From positions 19,234 through 51,233 of the forward strand of contig CAZUNO010000008.1 of assembly GCA_964621445.1 (NCBI GenBank): a stretch of 32,000 nucleotides of DNA, given 5' to 3'. Under the pieces are notes generated by a model. That model saw only the letters and a program-made list of their open reading frames with translations, was not told the DNA's origin and searched no databases. The first letter of the stretch is position 1. Each line of letters starts with the position of its first letter. This document shows, in pieces, positions 31,354 to 32,000 of this stretch. The translations under genes and the position numbers were made by a program. Source of the DNA: Candidatus Hadarchaeota archaeon. Its GTDB lineage: Archaea; CAYQAE01; CAYVLA01.

Positions 31354-32000
31354 CTACTTCCTCTCGATGGTTTCCATTTCCGGAAGGTACTCATGAAGGG
31401 CATCCGGAATTACAATTCTACCGTCCGATATCTGATAGTTCTCCATAATCGCGATTAGCGTTCTGGTGCTGGCCAGAGCGGTGCTATTTAGGGTGTGGAC
31501 GAACCGTGTGGGTTCTCCTGGGGCCTCGCGGCATCTTATGCCAAGGCGCCTGGCCTGGTAGTCTGTACAGTTGCTGCAGGATACGGATTCCCTGTATTTT
31601 TCCTGGCCGGGAAGCCAGATCTCGATATCGTATTTTTTTGCCGCCACTAGCCCTAGTTCCCCTGAACAGACATTCACCACCCGGTATGGCAGCTTGAGCT
31701 TCTTTACCATACATTCGGCGAGGGAAATCATCTCCTCATGTAGCTCCCATGAATCCTCGGGTTTCGAGAAAAGGAACATCTCCACCTTTTCAAACTGATG
31801 TACGCGAAAGATACCCTTGGTATCCCTCCCGTGACTCCCGACCTCGGTCCGGAAACATGGCGATATACCGGTGTATTTCTTGGGGAGATCCTTCTCCTCG
31901 AGTATTTCCTGGAAATGGAGGGCCGAAAGCGCTTGTTCGGATGTCCCCACTGCAAATAGGTTCTCGTCCTCTATCTTGTAGATATCCTCGCGTCCCTCGG
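31354..32000 (-). CDS. serS: Seryl-tRNA synthetase, C-terminal catalytic part; 5' end lies beyond the window
   Basis: The frame is open to base 32000 (EGREDIYKIEDENLFAVGTSEQAL...). ISPCFRTEVGSHGRDTKGIFRVHQFEKVEMF is class II motif 2. VHTLNSTALASTRTLIAIMENYQ is motif 3. Confidence 0.9.
   Translation of the reverse strand, partial: EGREDIYKIEDENLFAVGTSEQALSALHFQEILEEKDLPKKYTGISPCFRTEVGSHGRDTKGIFRVHQFEKVEMFLFSKPEDSWELHEEMISLAECMVKKLKLPYRVVNVCSGELGLVAAKKYDIEIWLPGQEKYRESVSCSNCTDYQARRLGIRCREAPGEPTRFVHTLNSTALASTRTLIAIMENYQISDGRIVIPDALHEYLPEMETIERK

Noticed and set aside
1-32000. tRNA, rRNA, SRP/RNase P RNA, CRISPR repeats, IS elements or integrases, and recoding signals (in-frame TAG/TGA for Pyl/Sec, frameshifts).
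   Set aside because: Intergenic DNA totals only about 1.5 kb and shows no tRNA T-loop-like GGTTCGAATC motifs, no regularly spaced repeats and no terminal inverted repeats. TAG is used as an ordinary stop by many genes here (idsA, tes-like, rio2, htpX, lonB, serS). All conserved genes read through in single frames. A momentary apparent frameshift in the 800-961 gene was my own indexing error and disappeared on recount.

Overview
This is a compact archaeal (euryarchaeote-type) chromosomal segment. I support 37 protein-coding genes. Coding density looks above 90 % by eye, with many 0-25 nt spacers or short overlaps. I could not recognise any rRNA, tRNA, CRISPR array, transposase, integrase or terminal repeat.

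Most genes are core information-processing and housekeeping functions:
- Translation and aminoacylation: aEF-1beta, AspRS, SerRS, Pth2.
- RNA modification, processing and ribosome maturation: fibrillarin, TruD, aCPSF1/FttA, Rio2, Fap7.
- Proteolysis and folding: LonB, HtpX, an FKBP isomerase.
- Cell division: SepF.

Ether-lipid and isoprenoid genes are unusually dense: a GGPP synthase fragment, a Tes-like radical-SAM enzyme, geranylgeranyl reductase, G1P dehydrogenase and UbiX. A DacZ-type c-di-AMP cyclase is also present.

I do not see a convincingly novel multi-gene system. The least-explained parts are:
1. A serS-linked co-directional array (27.6-31.4 kb) encoding a membrane-tethered Hjc-like nuclease and two acidic-tailed single-pass envelope proteins, one of them a 735-aa helical-repeat glycoprotein candidate.
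2. A Bax1/DUF790-like nuclease coupled to the end of a fibrillarin operon, with no XPB helicase in the window.
3. A forced 23-nt overlap coupling dacZ to the Tes-like gene.
4. Two small zinc-ribbon genes that are absent from the ORF track.
5. A 284-bp AT-rich spacer carrying an orphan promoter-like element.

All family assignments come from motif recognition by eye. No database search was run.
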